Of a stretch of DNA of 64,000 nt, positions 52,612 to 64,000 are shown in pieces. The position numbers and the translations under genes are program-made. Positions within the stretch are counted from its first letter, which is position 1; every line of letters starts with the position of its first letter. The notes beneath the pieces are model-generated. The model was not told the DNA's origin, did not search any database, and saw nothing but the letters and a program-made list of their open reading frames with translations. Source of the DNA: Octopus vulgaris (lineage: Eukaryota); the NCBI GenBank assembly GCA_951406725.2, contig OX597819.1, forward strand, positions 133,176,001 to 133,240,000. Direction: 5' to 3'.

Positions 52612-53590
52612 GATGAGATCCAGCTGATGCCAGTGGTGAGATCATGGATGTCTCCAGGATGCCTTGTGGGGTGGCTTGTTGGTAAAGAATGTGTTTGTGA
52701 TGCACAGGTTGTGGTATGTGCAGAATTCGAGTAGTCTCTGACCATTGTCATTCATGTTGCCAATACCAAAGTGTCCAACACAAATGGGCCACGAATCATG
52801 GTCAAATCCCACGCGAGCGTTAAAATCCACTAGAAGGTAGATATTTTCAGTCGTTGGTATATTTTCTATGACACAGTTGAGATCTTTGTAGAACTGGTCC
52901 TTGGTCTCCTCTGAGCTGTAGAGAGTGAGAGCATAGATGCTGAGTAGATGTACTGAGCCAGAAGAAGTCGAGAGGCGCAGTGAGAGGATAAGCTCAGTGC
53001 CTCCTGATGGTGGTTCTATTGTGGAGAGTAGTGAGTTTCTCACTGCAAAGCCAATGCCATGTTGACGAGGTTCTTCTGGATCTCTTCCCTGCCAAAAGAA
53101 GGTGAAATCCTGCTCTTTGAGTTTTCCGTTTGAGGGAAGTCTTGTCTCCTGCAGCCCAGCAATATCTATGTTGAGCCTCTTTAGTTCACGGTCAATGATG
53201 GCCGTTTTCGTTGTGTCTTCAATCCTGAGAAGATCATCAGATATTCCAGGACACATGGTCCTGACATTCCAGCTTGCCAACCGCAGAACTGGTGTTTTCT
53301 TGACTTTTAGTTGCTTGCCTGGAGCAGAGGTTGCAGGCCGCTTTTCGAGTCATACTCTTAGCTCCAAGCACCCAATGGAGCAGGCGGCCTGTGGCGGGTC
53401 AGCACCTTATTAACTGGGGGTTGCCCAGCTTGAGGTGGGCAGTAGCTAACCAATAGGACACGGAGGTCCCTCCCACCGTCAGAGGTAACCCGTAGCGCCC
53501 ATATTTTACGCCAATCGGAATGGACTTATCACTCGTGACTGTTACCTCCCGTGTTGTTTCTGCAGCTTTTTACAGCAGCACTGAAGTGTC
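52612..53590 (-). mobile_element. Inverted 5' segment (5' UTR + APE endonuclease) of the RTE LINE that continues at 53591
   Basis: LASWNVRTM...IDIAGLQETRL...HGIGFAV...LLVDFNARVG...NGQRLLEFC...ASWRHP*SHHWHQLDLI. Confidence 0.95.
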
Positions 53591-56152
53591 CATCATTACT
53601 CGGAAATCTTTTCTGAATTCTACTCTATTGACCCGCAGTTACCACAGCGCGGATTGTGACACAGACCACTCACTAATTAGGAGTAGGTTGAGGATTCTGC
53701 CTAAAAAAGTCCATCGCTCCAAGAAAGTGGGCCGACCACGCATCAACACCGCCAGAACCTCGGACCCTACACTGCGAAAATGTTTTGCTGCTTCTATCAA
53801 GGTTACCCTCAGTAGCTGCCCAACCTCCTCTGCTGAAAGTAGGTGGGACTATATCAGGGAAGCCTTGTATACGACATCAATGGATACTTTCGGCATGAGA
53901 GAAAGGCAAAACCCAGATTGGTTCAATGCTGGGCTCTCAGAGCTGGAGCCAGTTATCGAAGCAAAGCGTGCAGCTCTGATGCAATACAAGAGTGACTCTT
54001 CTATAAAGTCACTCGAAGAACTCAGAAAGGCACGAAATAAAACCCAACTGACAGCCAGACGCTGTGCAAATAGGTATTGGCAGGAAATCTGTCAGCTGCT
54101 GACAGGGGCGACACCCGTGGGATGTATGCCGGTTTGAAGAAGGCCCTCGGTCCATCCGCAACCAAGTCAGCCCCTCTGAAATCAACTACTGGTGATCTCA
54201 TCAGGGATCAAGGCAAGCAAATGGATAGATGGGTGGAGCACTACCAGGATCTCTACTCACGGGAGACTACAGTGGCTGAGGCTGCAGTCGAGAGTGTCAA
54301 GATCTTGCCAGTCATGTGCGAACTTGACAGTCCGCCATCTATAGCAGAGCTCACCAAGGCTGTTGACTCCATAGCAAGAAATAAGGCTCCGGGAAAAGAC
54401 GGCATCCCCTCAGAGATCATCAAAGCCGGCAAAAACACCATTCTGCTTCGGCACCTTCATGAGTTTCTGTGTCAGTGCTGGGAAGAGGGTACAGTCCCTC
54501 AGGATATGCAGGATGCTAACATCATTACGCTTTACAAAAACAAAGGTGACCGTGGTGATTGTAACAATCACCGTGGTATATCCCTTCTAAGCACTGTTGG
54601 AAAGACCTTTGCCCGCGTTATCCTGGCCAGGCTACAACTACTTGCTTCTCGAATCTATCCGGAATCGCAGTGTGGCTTTAGAAGAAGCAGATCAACTATC
54701 GATATGATATTCTCCATACGCCAACTTCAGGAGAAGTCCAGAGAGCAGAAAATGCCATTATATATGGCCTTCATTGATCTAACAAAGGCTTTTGACTCGG
54801 TAAGCAGAACAGGCCTCTTCATCCTGCTCCAAAAAATCGGATGTCCACCAAAGCTGCTGAGGATCATCAAGTCTTTCAATGATGACATGCAAGGCACCAT
54901 ACAGCACAACGGTTCAACATCAGTCGCCTTCCAAATAAAAAACGGGGTAAAGCAAGGCTGTGTCCTCGCTCCTACATTGTTTGGCATCTTCTTCTCGCTC
55001 TTACTTTCACATGCCTTTCAGACATCAGATGATAGAGTGTTTCTGAACAGTAGAAGTGACGAGAAACTGTTCAATCTCTCGCGCCTGCGTGCCAAGACCA
55101 AAATCAGAAACGTCCTGATCAAGGAGATGTTATTTGCTGATGATGCCGCTCTGGTATCACACACAGAGGAAGCCCTACAAAGGCTCATCAACTGTTTTGA
55201 GCAAGCATGTTGCAACTTTGGCTTATTTATCAGCCTCAAGAAGACCAACATCATTGGTCAGGCTACATCGACCATCCCAAACATACATATTGGAGACCAC
55301 AGATGAGGTGGAGAAGTTTACCTATCTTGGCTCTACCGTCACCTACAACCTATCCCTTGATACTGAGCTCAATATACGCATTGGCAAGGCAGCTGCTGTG
55401 ATGGCCCAACTCTCCAAACGGGCTTGGGACAACAATAAGCTGACCAAGACCACGAAAATGAAGATCTACCAGGCATGTGTACTCAGCACTCTACTGTATG
55501 GAAGTGAGACCTGGACGCTATACACACGCCAAGAGCGTCGCCTAAACATCTTTCGCCTGCGCCGCCTCCGAAAAATCCTCCGCATCAAATGGCAGGATCA
55601 TATCCCCAACAAAGATGTCCTCAGGGAAGCAGGAATACCAAGCATGTTTGCACTCCTCACACAAAGACGTATGAGATGGCTTGGGCATGTTAGCCGTATG
55701 AAAGATGGCAGAATCCCCAAGGACATACTCTACGGAGAGCTTGCTAGGGGTACTAGGTCTGTGGGTAGACCGATCTTACGTTACAAGGATGTTTGCAAAA
55801 GGGACATGAAGGCCTGCAACATCAATATTAGCGGTTGGGAGGCAATTGCCGGCAACCGTGGAGAATGGCGACGTACCGTAAAAAAGGGAATACAAAGGAG
55901 TGACAGAGAGAGAGAGGAGAAATGGAAAGAAAAGAAGAGACGTCAACAAGAGACTATGGCATTGCAACCAGCCAGGAATAGTCTTCGCTTCATTTGCGGT
56001 ACCTGCCAGAGGGAGTGTTTGTCCAGGATAGGACTACACAGCCACAGCAGGAAATGTATCAGGACATGAAATATAAAAGCCGGACTATACTACTTTATGC
56101 GCAACTCCATTGTCTCCCGAGACAGAAAGGATGCCAACCAACCAACCAACCA
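53591..56152 (+). mobile_element. RTE (BovB-like) LINE: end of APE, RT, C-terminal C2H2 finger and (CCAA)n tail; two frameshifts (~54095, ~55300)
   Basis: IITR...SADCDTDHSLI; KAPGKDGIP; LYKNKGDR.DCNNHRGISLLS; PESQCGFR..RSTIDMIF; FIDLTKAFDSV; GVKQGCVLAPTLF; LFADD; CGTCQRECLSRIGLHSHSRKC. Confidence 0.97.
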
Positions 56153-56425
56153 ATATATATATATATATATATAAATACATACATACATATACAGGTATAG
56201 TAACGTGTATATACAAAATAAAGCAAGTAAATGAACATCTAAAATGTTAACAAAAGGATACTTTCTAAAACTGTAAATCTGAAACTAAAGCGGAAGAAGT
56301 CATCAAGACTGCAAAAATAATTTCCTGTATGTGGGTTAACCCATGACTAGCGTCTTTGATAATATGGTCAACGAAACAAGCATATACAATACGGGAAGGA
56401 GTTTATGCTTTCTAAAAACTTTTCT

Positions 56426-56451
56426 CATACATACATACATACATACATACA

Positions 56452-56482
<31 letters not shown>

Positions 56483-56812
56483 TTGTGTGTGATTGTGTAT
56501 GTGCGCGCGTGTGTGTTTATACATACATATATATATACATGTATGTGTGTGTGTGTGCGTACCTATATTTTTTCTTTTGCAAAACAACTTAGAGGAGCTA
56601 GTGCGAGCAGTCGAACGCTCCTCAGACCGGATGCTAGCAAGTTTATGGGGTCATCAGAAGAGATCCATGTTTGTATGTATGTGTATACGTGTGTATGTAT
56701 GTGTTTTGTGTGTGTATCTGAAGGTGAGTGTGCGTATGTATATGTGCACTTGTATTTAAACACACACGCACACACACACACGCACACACACACATATACA
56801 CTCACATATATT
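56426..56812. repeat. (CATA)n/(TG)n/(CA)n microsatellite cluster
   Basis: Direct reading. Confidence 0.85.
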
Positions 56813-57411
56813 TAGCTGTTTGCTCGCTAATTACTCATATGAAAGTGACTCCAACTAAAATACATATGAATTTAGTATTAGAAATTCAGGAAGAGATAAT
56901 GCTGTTATATAATCGGATTGCTTTTATTTAGGAATTCCGATTATAATTCGTGTTATAATCTGACGATTGTAAGTTTTCATTGATATTTTCGTTGCCTACG
57001 TAGATTTAATGCGTTACTGTTTCAAAAATGGAAAGTATTTTAGTGATTATGATGTTGAAACTTATTACGTATTCCACATAAATAAATGGCAGAGGCATCA
57101 TATTTCAGCTGAATGGCGAGACGTGTTGATAACATTGATAACGTAGAGTAGTACCGCCATTGCTGTATTTTCGCGTTTGATACGAATATTTTATTTCGAC
57201 TAATGTGCTATCTCACATAGCGGTAAAATTTGATATGAAACAGCCTCCAGAACGTATCATTGTTTCGCTAAAATAGTTAATATTAATAAATATATTCACT
57301 AACACAAGCCGTGTATAATAGGAGAATGAATGATGGCATCAACGGAGTTTCGCTTTTGGTTGAAAAATGCTAAGGAAATATGTTTGTTATTGTTCTCAAC
57401 GTTAGATTCCA

Positions 57412-58331
57412 TACAGAATATTCGGGCTACTTTTGGTGACTTTTGGTGACTTTTGGTCTTCTTTTCTCTGGAACAGCTTGAAGCATTAGTGAATTGTAAA
57501 CGTCATGGGAGAGCATAAAGATGAATGTTGTAGCTGAGAAAAGGGTAGCTGGCACGCTGAGCTGCAAACCATCTGAATATTGGAAAAGAGTTACCCGTAT
57601 CAGGATGATTCGCGCCGGTGTATCAAAATGATGACTACTGCTCAATGCTCTGTGAACACTGTAAAGGCTATAAGACATGAGGTGGACAGCTGCAGCGGAG
57701 ACTACGAAGCCGTGGGACAAAATGGGGACACGGCAAACGTTCAGACTAACTTCACACGCCGGAATCCATCGCCACTCCTTCGAGCCTGGTTTTAGGCTCA
57801 GTTCAGACGTTTATGTGAATCTGCTGGAGAAGGTCATCAATCCCTAGCTAGAGAAGGTTGCTGCTGGAAGGCCGTATGCGTGGAAGCACGATTAGGTTCC
57901 TTGCCATACTTCTAGAAAGAGTCAGAAGCCGTTGTCAGAGAATTCCTACCACCTTACTGGCCTTAATTACTGGCCTTAATTTCTGGTCTTCTAATTTCCC
58001 CTTTTGTAATTTTGTGGATTACTATGCGTGGGGAGCCGTTGAGAAAGACACCAACCATTCTTTCCCAAAACTAAGGCCGAACTGGTGGCCAAAATCAAGA
58101 GGATATTTGAATATCTCTCCTAGGCCACGATGCAGAACGCTTGTGCCAGGTTCCGGAACAGTTTCCAGGCAACAATGGAAGTTGAGCGCAGCTACGTTGA
58201 GTGAACTGTTATCTCGCAGCCGTCATCCAGTCGAAAGTTTTTGGTTTCTAAAAGTACTTTTATTTTTCAATGGGATTTTGTTTCTCTTTTCCTTTTATGC
58301 AAACTGTCAAGTATAGCTCGAATAGCCTGCG
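57412..58331 (+). mobile_element. Tc1/mariner-superfamily relic (maT/DD37D-like), internally deleted, both TIRs recognisable
   Basis: RPYAWKHD*VPCHTSRKSQK.LSEN...NFWSSNFPFCNFVDYYAWGAVEKDTN corresponds to QQDSAP.HT...WPPNSPD.NP.DY.VW. TIRs are CAGAATATTCGGGCTA / TAGCTCGAATAGCCTG. Confidence 0.85.
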
Positions 58332-58519
58332 TTCAACCGTTTGCATTTTGAAGACGAATATCAGTTGTACGTATATACACGCCAAAATTCAAGTTTCTCA
58401 TCATTTCTTTGCCGCTTATTAAAAACTGTCAAGGTTCTAAAATATTTGTACATCGATTATTGTGTCAGTACGATTTATATTTATTCAAATTTTTAAAACG
58501 ATTAGCTAATACACCTTGT

Positions 58520-58912
58520 GGAGGCGCAATGGCCCAGTGGTTAGGGCAGCGGACTCGCGGTCGGAGGATCACGGTTTCGATTCCCAGACCGGGCGTTGTG
58601 TGTGTTTATTGAGCGAAAACACCTAAAGCTCCACGAGGCTCTGGCAGGAGGTGGTAGCGACCCCTGTTGTACTCTTTCGTCTCAACTTTCTCTCATTCTT
58701 TCTTCCTGTTTCTTGAGTAACGCTGCGATGGACTGGCGTCCCCCCAACATCGCTTGACAACCGATGCTGTTGTGTTTAGATCACCATAACTTAGCGGTTC
58801 GGCAAAAAAGACCGATAGAATAAGTACTAGGCTTACAAAGAATAAATTCGGCTAAAGGCGGTGCTACAGCATGGCCACAGTCAAATAACTGAAACAAGTA
58901 AAAGAGTAAAAA
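58520..58912 (+). mobile_element. Chimeric tRNA-derived SINE: family C head and body (58520-58745) fused to the family B 3' part (58746-58912)
   Basis: Pol III A box TGGCCCAGTGG and B box GGTTTCGATTCCC. The head matches the 29760-30088 copy and the tail matches the 3100-3312 copy. Confidence 0.85.
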
Positions 58913-59901
58913 GTGATATAAAGTATTAAAATAAAAAGATATACAAAAACCAGAATACAAAATGAAATAAATGTCTTAGGCATAAAAAATGAGAAAAGAT
59001 GAGATATTAACGTGTTATAAACTTGAAACTTACTAGAATAAAACTTGGTATGTGTGTGAATGTATGTATAATGCGAGAATGTTAATGGAGGTAAAGCTCC
59101 CCTATATAGCACAACTGTTTTTTCGCCCCTATATGAGCTAAAGATTAATAAAATTTGGTATACGATAAAAATTGCAGATATTTCTGTTAAATCATTTGCA
59201 CAAGCAAATTCAGAATTCACATGTAGCACTAGAGGTATTATTCCAATCCAATATCCACATATTTATATTAAGAGTTTTGGGTTAAGAATATAGAAATATA
59301 AACATAACAATGAAATATAACAACGTAAACATACAAACCTAAAATATATAAGGGGTATCATCAATCTAGGAACTAAAGTAAAACAGGCGTTTGAAGGTAT
59401 TAGTCCAAACCTGCGAACGTTTCACAAAAGTTTTAACGGGTTGTAGGAAATAGTCCAAATTCAGCTCACTGTATAAAAACATTTCCTTCCTCGGGGTTCC
59501 TTTCCCCAGCTAAAATCCAGTCAGGGATTACATGGTGACAGTTCAGTTAGTAAAGACTTCAGTTTTTCCGCTTCGGCCCAAAGCAGAGGATTACCAGGAT
59601 TAAAAGAGGAATTAAAAGGATTGACAGGTGAGTTTTTACTTAATCATGCAAATAATAGCTTATGGGAATATTCGATTTTGTACTGATATATTTTTTTATC
59701 CATACTACTATAACAAAGAAATAATTTAAGATTACAGATTTGTATATAAGTATTCATCGGATCTAATCCAGATCGTATTTTCAAAAAAGTCTTAAAGTTT
59801 AAAAAGTTTTTCAAAAATTAGTTTTAAAGTCTAAAAAATTTTAAAGTTGCTAAATATTTATGCTTACAACATAATAAAATTCTTAAATTTTTGTTTAAGA
59901 A

Positions 59902-59945
59902 TCTCTATATACATAAAGATGAGAATGTGTGTGTGTGTGTGCATG

Positions 59946-59987
<42 letters not shown>

Positions 59988-62480
59988 TCTGTGCGAATCC
60001 CTAAAACTTGAGAAATACACAACCGATTTCATTCAAATTCTACACATGCCTTACTTAGGGTCCATGTAGTGTCATAAGTACAAAAATTTCAACTTCTTGC
60101 CTAATGCGAGCCCAGAGCAACCTTTTATCACTTACACTATTTCAGTATTACGCGTCAAAAGTAAGACAATAACATCTCTCTATTGAAATGTGAGATAATC
60201 TTACTTCTCGCGACGGGGCAATGGAAAATGGTAACAGACATTAATCACATGCTATCCTGTCAAGTGAAATATATTGTCATCCACTTCACCTCTAACCTTT
60301 CTAGCGTACGGAAAGTTGAAACACCACTATAGCATCACTGATATCGTTCTTCATCCTTCTAGCTGTCTGCTTTCTTATAAATACGACAAAATTCATGTCC
60401 AGGCAAACAACATTCGGAACGCAATTCATAATCCCTGTCTCCTTTCTACTTACCATTTCTCTCGTCTTCTCTTTCATGACATTGCTCAAATAAAAGCAAT
60501 ACTGATCAACTAAAGCGCATTCATTCATTTTGCTGAATTCGGTACGTAACTTCTTTCATTTGTAAATTACATCAATTTCCATGAATGCAACCGCACGGGT
60601 CTCAATTATGAAATATGAAACATTTCATTGCTATTTCTCGCACGCGTTGCTATCAAGCATTAACATTTACCAATTTTTTTTGCTTCTTCCTTAATGCGGG
60701 CCTGAAGACCTACCAGCTTACCTATAACCATTCCTACACACACATGCAGCATCAACGGCAGCTTCTGCCCCACGATCACCACTAAACAAACCTGAGCAAT
60801 TCATCCAATGCTCTCTCATTAACCCTTTCCCCATCCAGTCTATGCCACAGAGCAGCCATGCATTAACAAACAACGGACGAAATTCCTGTCCACACAAACC
60901 ACAACATTCCCAACGCAATTCATAACCACTTTCTCCATTGCTCTTACCATTCCACTCGCTTTGCCTTTCACAACTTTTCCATTTTCATTCTAATGTCATA
61001 ACACTGACATCATTTTATTTTACACATTTACCTTTCTACTACCAGTTCTTTATTACCGCAGCAGCTGCAAGTTTGCAACCTATCTACAGTTACATACTAA
61101 CCCTTCAATTAATATTCAATACTTAACAGTGTATCTCACTGCATTTCATCAGGCTTATTTTAGATCATGTCCCGAAGGGAGAGTTCTTCAATTGGGCGAA
61201 AAACTGCGGAAGCTGCAAGATCATCAGCAAGAAGGGCAAATGAATCGTCAGTGGAAACTGACATTGGACGATCACAAAAAGCTGAACGTAAAAGCCACTT
61301 CAAGAGCATTCCAAACAGATGACTAGCGTAAACTTCGACGAACTGCTAATGCTGCATCAGCTGCTGCTGCACAACTTGTAGAGACTGAACACCAGCGTGA
61401 AGTTCGACGAACTGCTGATGCTGTTCAACAACTGCTGCACGAGTTGCAAAGAACAAAAACCAACGCACTACACGCCTGGTCAGGAATGCTGCCAACATGG
61501 CTACAGCGCGAGCTTCCAACATCTTACAACAGAGATATACTATGCTGCAGACTTCCGTTGAACGAAGAGCTAATAGACGAGGATTTTCAACGCCAAGCAG
61601 CTCACAATGGTCATTAAAGGCCTTCGACTACAACCCTAAACTTCATTATGATTGCCAGCCAGATATGAACATTGGAGATATGTCCATCACTTGCTCTTTC
61701 TGCAACGCTAAGAAGTAGTCAAGAGAAACTTCTGCTATGTGTTGCACTAATGGAAAAGTTAACCTCACTCCGCTGCAGGATCCACCACAGCTGTTGAAGT
61801 CACTCTACGCAGGCACTACTACAGAGTCGAAACATTTCCTCAATAACATCCGGAAGTACAATTGTGCATTCCAAATGACAACTTTCGGCGCTTTCAAGAA
61901 GGCGGGTTTATGCCTATTTCAAAGTGCCGGGACAGATTTACCAAAGGATAGGATCACTTGAACCTGCTGAAAATCAAGATCCTCATATCCTTCAACTGTA
62001 TTTTGTAGGCAATTTACATGAACAAGCCAATGGACGAAGCTCCATTTCCACTGGCGCTAACTTTCACCTGATAATGCAACTTCAAAACCTTTTGCATTAC
62101 AAAATCAGCTGCGTACGCAGCTTCAAGGATGCCTTTGAAACAGAAGCTCCATCAAATTTTAATGTCATTAATGTTCAGAAAATGCTTGGAACATTCACGA
62201 TGTGAATCTTCCGAGTCCTCTCCCCCACCGTTCGCCAGCGCGCATATTTTCATATTCGTTTACTACATGTTGTTTTATACCTATTACACTATTTCTTGCT
62301 CGGGTCAAACACTGGAGTTTAAAGGTCAACGTCTGACGATGTGAATTTTCCGAGTCCTCTCCCTCAACCCCCGGTCGCGAACGCGCATTTTTTCTTTCAT
62401 ATTCGTTTAGAGCAAGTTGTTTTACACCTGTTACACTATTTTGTTTTCTGTTTTTACTCGGGTGAACCCTTAACTTTGAC
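59902..62480 (+). mobile_element. Decayed autonomous-type Helitron: 5' terminus and RepHel N-terminal pseudogene (~61170-62170), 3'-truncated
   Basis: A|TCTCTATATACATAAAG start. Peptide AFDYNP...IGDMSITCSFCNAKK*..ET..MCCTNGKVNL...P..LKSL...SKHFLNNIRKYNCAFQMTTFG...GQIYQRIGSL.P......LQLYFV is the Helitron N-terminal Zn-binding and Rep-proximal region. Two ~140-bp diverged tandem units lie at 62199-62470. Confidence 0.9.
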
Positions 62481-62539
62481 CGAATTTTGGTATTGAAATG
62501 TGAATAATGGTTATAATTGTTTTTGAAGATAGTGACAAT

Positions 62540-62631
62540 ATTGATAATGATGATATGGGCGATGACTGTGATGATGACGATGATTAAGATGATGATGATG
62601 TTGATGATGATGATTAAGATGATGATGATGT

Positions 62632-62692
<61 letters not shown>

Positions 62693-62696
62693 AATA

Positions 62697-62779
<83 letters not shown>

Positions 62780-62783
62780 AATA

Positions 62784-62819
<36 letters not shown>

Positions 62820-62895
62820 ATGGTGACGGTGATGATGATGATGACAATGATGATGATGATGATGATTATGGTGACGGTGATGATGATGATGATGT

Positions 62896-62937
<42 letters not shown>

Positions 62938-62942
62938 CGATG
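62540..62942. repeat. (GAT)n trinucleotide microsatellite
   Basis: Direct reading. Source of the poly-His/poly-Met ORFs. Confidence 0.97.
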
Positions 62943-64000
62943 TGTTATGTTCAAAATAATATAACGTAACTGGAATATTTACTCTTTTAAACGTTGCTTC
63001 CGAATAGATTTCAGTTGCGTTTAAATATTTATAAAACTGTTTCTGTGTGAAGATGCGTGCAATTTCTTTCATCTGCTCATAAAATGAAGTAACCGTTTGC
63101 CAGAGGAGTGAAATCAGCTTTCACATATATTCCACTAATTTACTTTGCAAACTACAGCATTTTAATAGTATTTTCTTTGGTTTCGACAGCTTTGCGGCAT
63201 AATATTTGCTTTCTTTCCAAGAACTAGCAAATTATTTATTCTATTCTTTCTGTCATAATTTGCTTAGGAAGACATTTTCAGAACTTCAATTTAACGCATT
63301 ACTGCTGCCGCTTTATCAGCGTAAGATCTTTGTGGTGACATTCCAAATCCTATTGTGATAATGTTTCAAATATATCATTTCCTTGATAAAATGCAACCGT
63401 AGATTGCGCTTTCTTGAAATTCCTGCTTCATATATACACGGATGGCGAATAAAATAGCGAAAATAAGTCAAAGCTAGATTTGCCTCATCTACGACGAGAA
63501 GAATAAAAGCCGGTTGGAAAAGTAATTTTATCAGGTTTGCAGTGAAAGTCAAATTGATTAAGTTGTTTGTGGTTTCTCGTTTTTCTTTATGTTTTGGAGT
63601 TGAGCATTCACAGTCGATACGAAACGAATGGAGTCTATCTAGAATATTTGATTCACCATTTTTCCTTCATCCCTTATGAGAAATACAAAATAAAACTGTA
63701 TATGAAACACCAGATTAGCGTAAATGTAACAAATAAGAATTGTTTCTTGTTTGTTGCAGTGACACATTAGAAGATCAAATGTTTTGCTGTCTTGTGAAGT
63801 CATAAAACCCTCTGCGAGACTATTCATCCATTGAAGTCAAAGAAAAGTTCCGAAGATAAAAGATATACATAAAACTCTTTAGATCCTCAGCATGTTGTAC
63901 AAGACGAAACTCTTTTCCTTCTGCTAAGGAAAAAAAGCGTTGGATTTTGATTACAGCGTATTGCAGAAGATCACAAGGGGAGAGAATTATGAAGACGAAG

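Noticed and set aside
53400-53590. HDV-like ribozyme in the RTE 5' UTR
   Set aside because: A GAC-CTCCGT-GTC hairpin is visible on the minus strand, but I could not assign P1/P2/P4 in register by eye. It needs a structural descriptor search.
56590-56670. Hammerhead (CTGATGA on the minus strand)
   Set aside because: No GAAA in register after a plausible stem II and no stem I partner.
58520-58595. tRNA gene
   Set aside because: A and B boxes are present, but there is no complete acceptor stem or poly-T terminator. It runs into SINE body sequence repeated elsewhere in the window.
62511-62969. Poly-His/poly-Met ORFs
   Set aside because: (GAT)n microsatellite.

Overview
Eukaryotic, AT-rich, repeat-dominated non-coding DNA, either intergenic or a large intron. 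The SINE families, (TA)n/(CA)n/(TACA)n density and TE spectrum resemble an octopus or other coleoid cephalopod genome; this is an inference from recalled repeat sequences, not a database result. I found no convincing host exon, tRNA, rRNA or CRISPR array, and most ORF-track entries are microsatellite artefacts. The window is a nested mosaic of TE relics: mariner/Tc1/maT DNA transposons, Helitrons, RTE and R4/Dong LINEs, Penelope-like elements (PLEs) and tRNA-derived SINEs. Four observations stand out. (1) Several minimal type I hammerhead ribozyme motifs lie in PLE termini and fold-back elements. Two of them replace the catalytic-core C3-G8 pair with other Watson-Crick pairs (A3-U8 at 52438, G3-C8 at 3515). 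(2) A ~4.8 kb, 37-bp satellite of ~130 units has amplified from inside a mariner element. (3) An essentially complete RTE LINE has its 5' ~1 kb inverted, with twin-priming geometry. (4) A 39-bp palindrome reads as a Helitron 3' end on both strands. All coordinates and alignments were read by eye.
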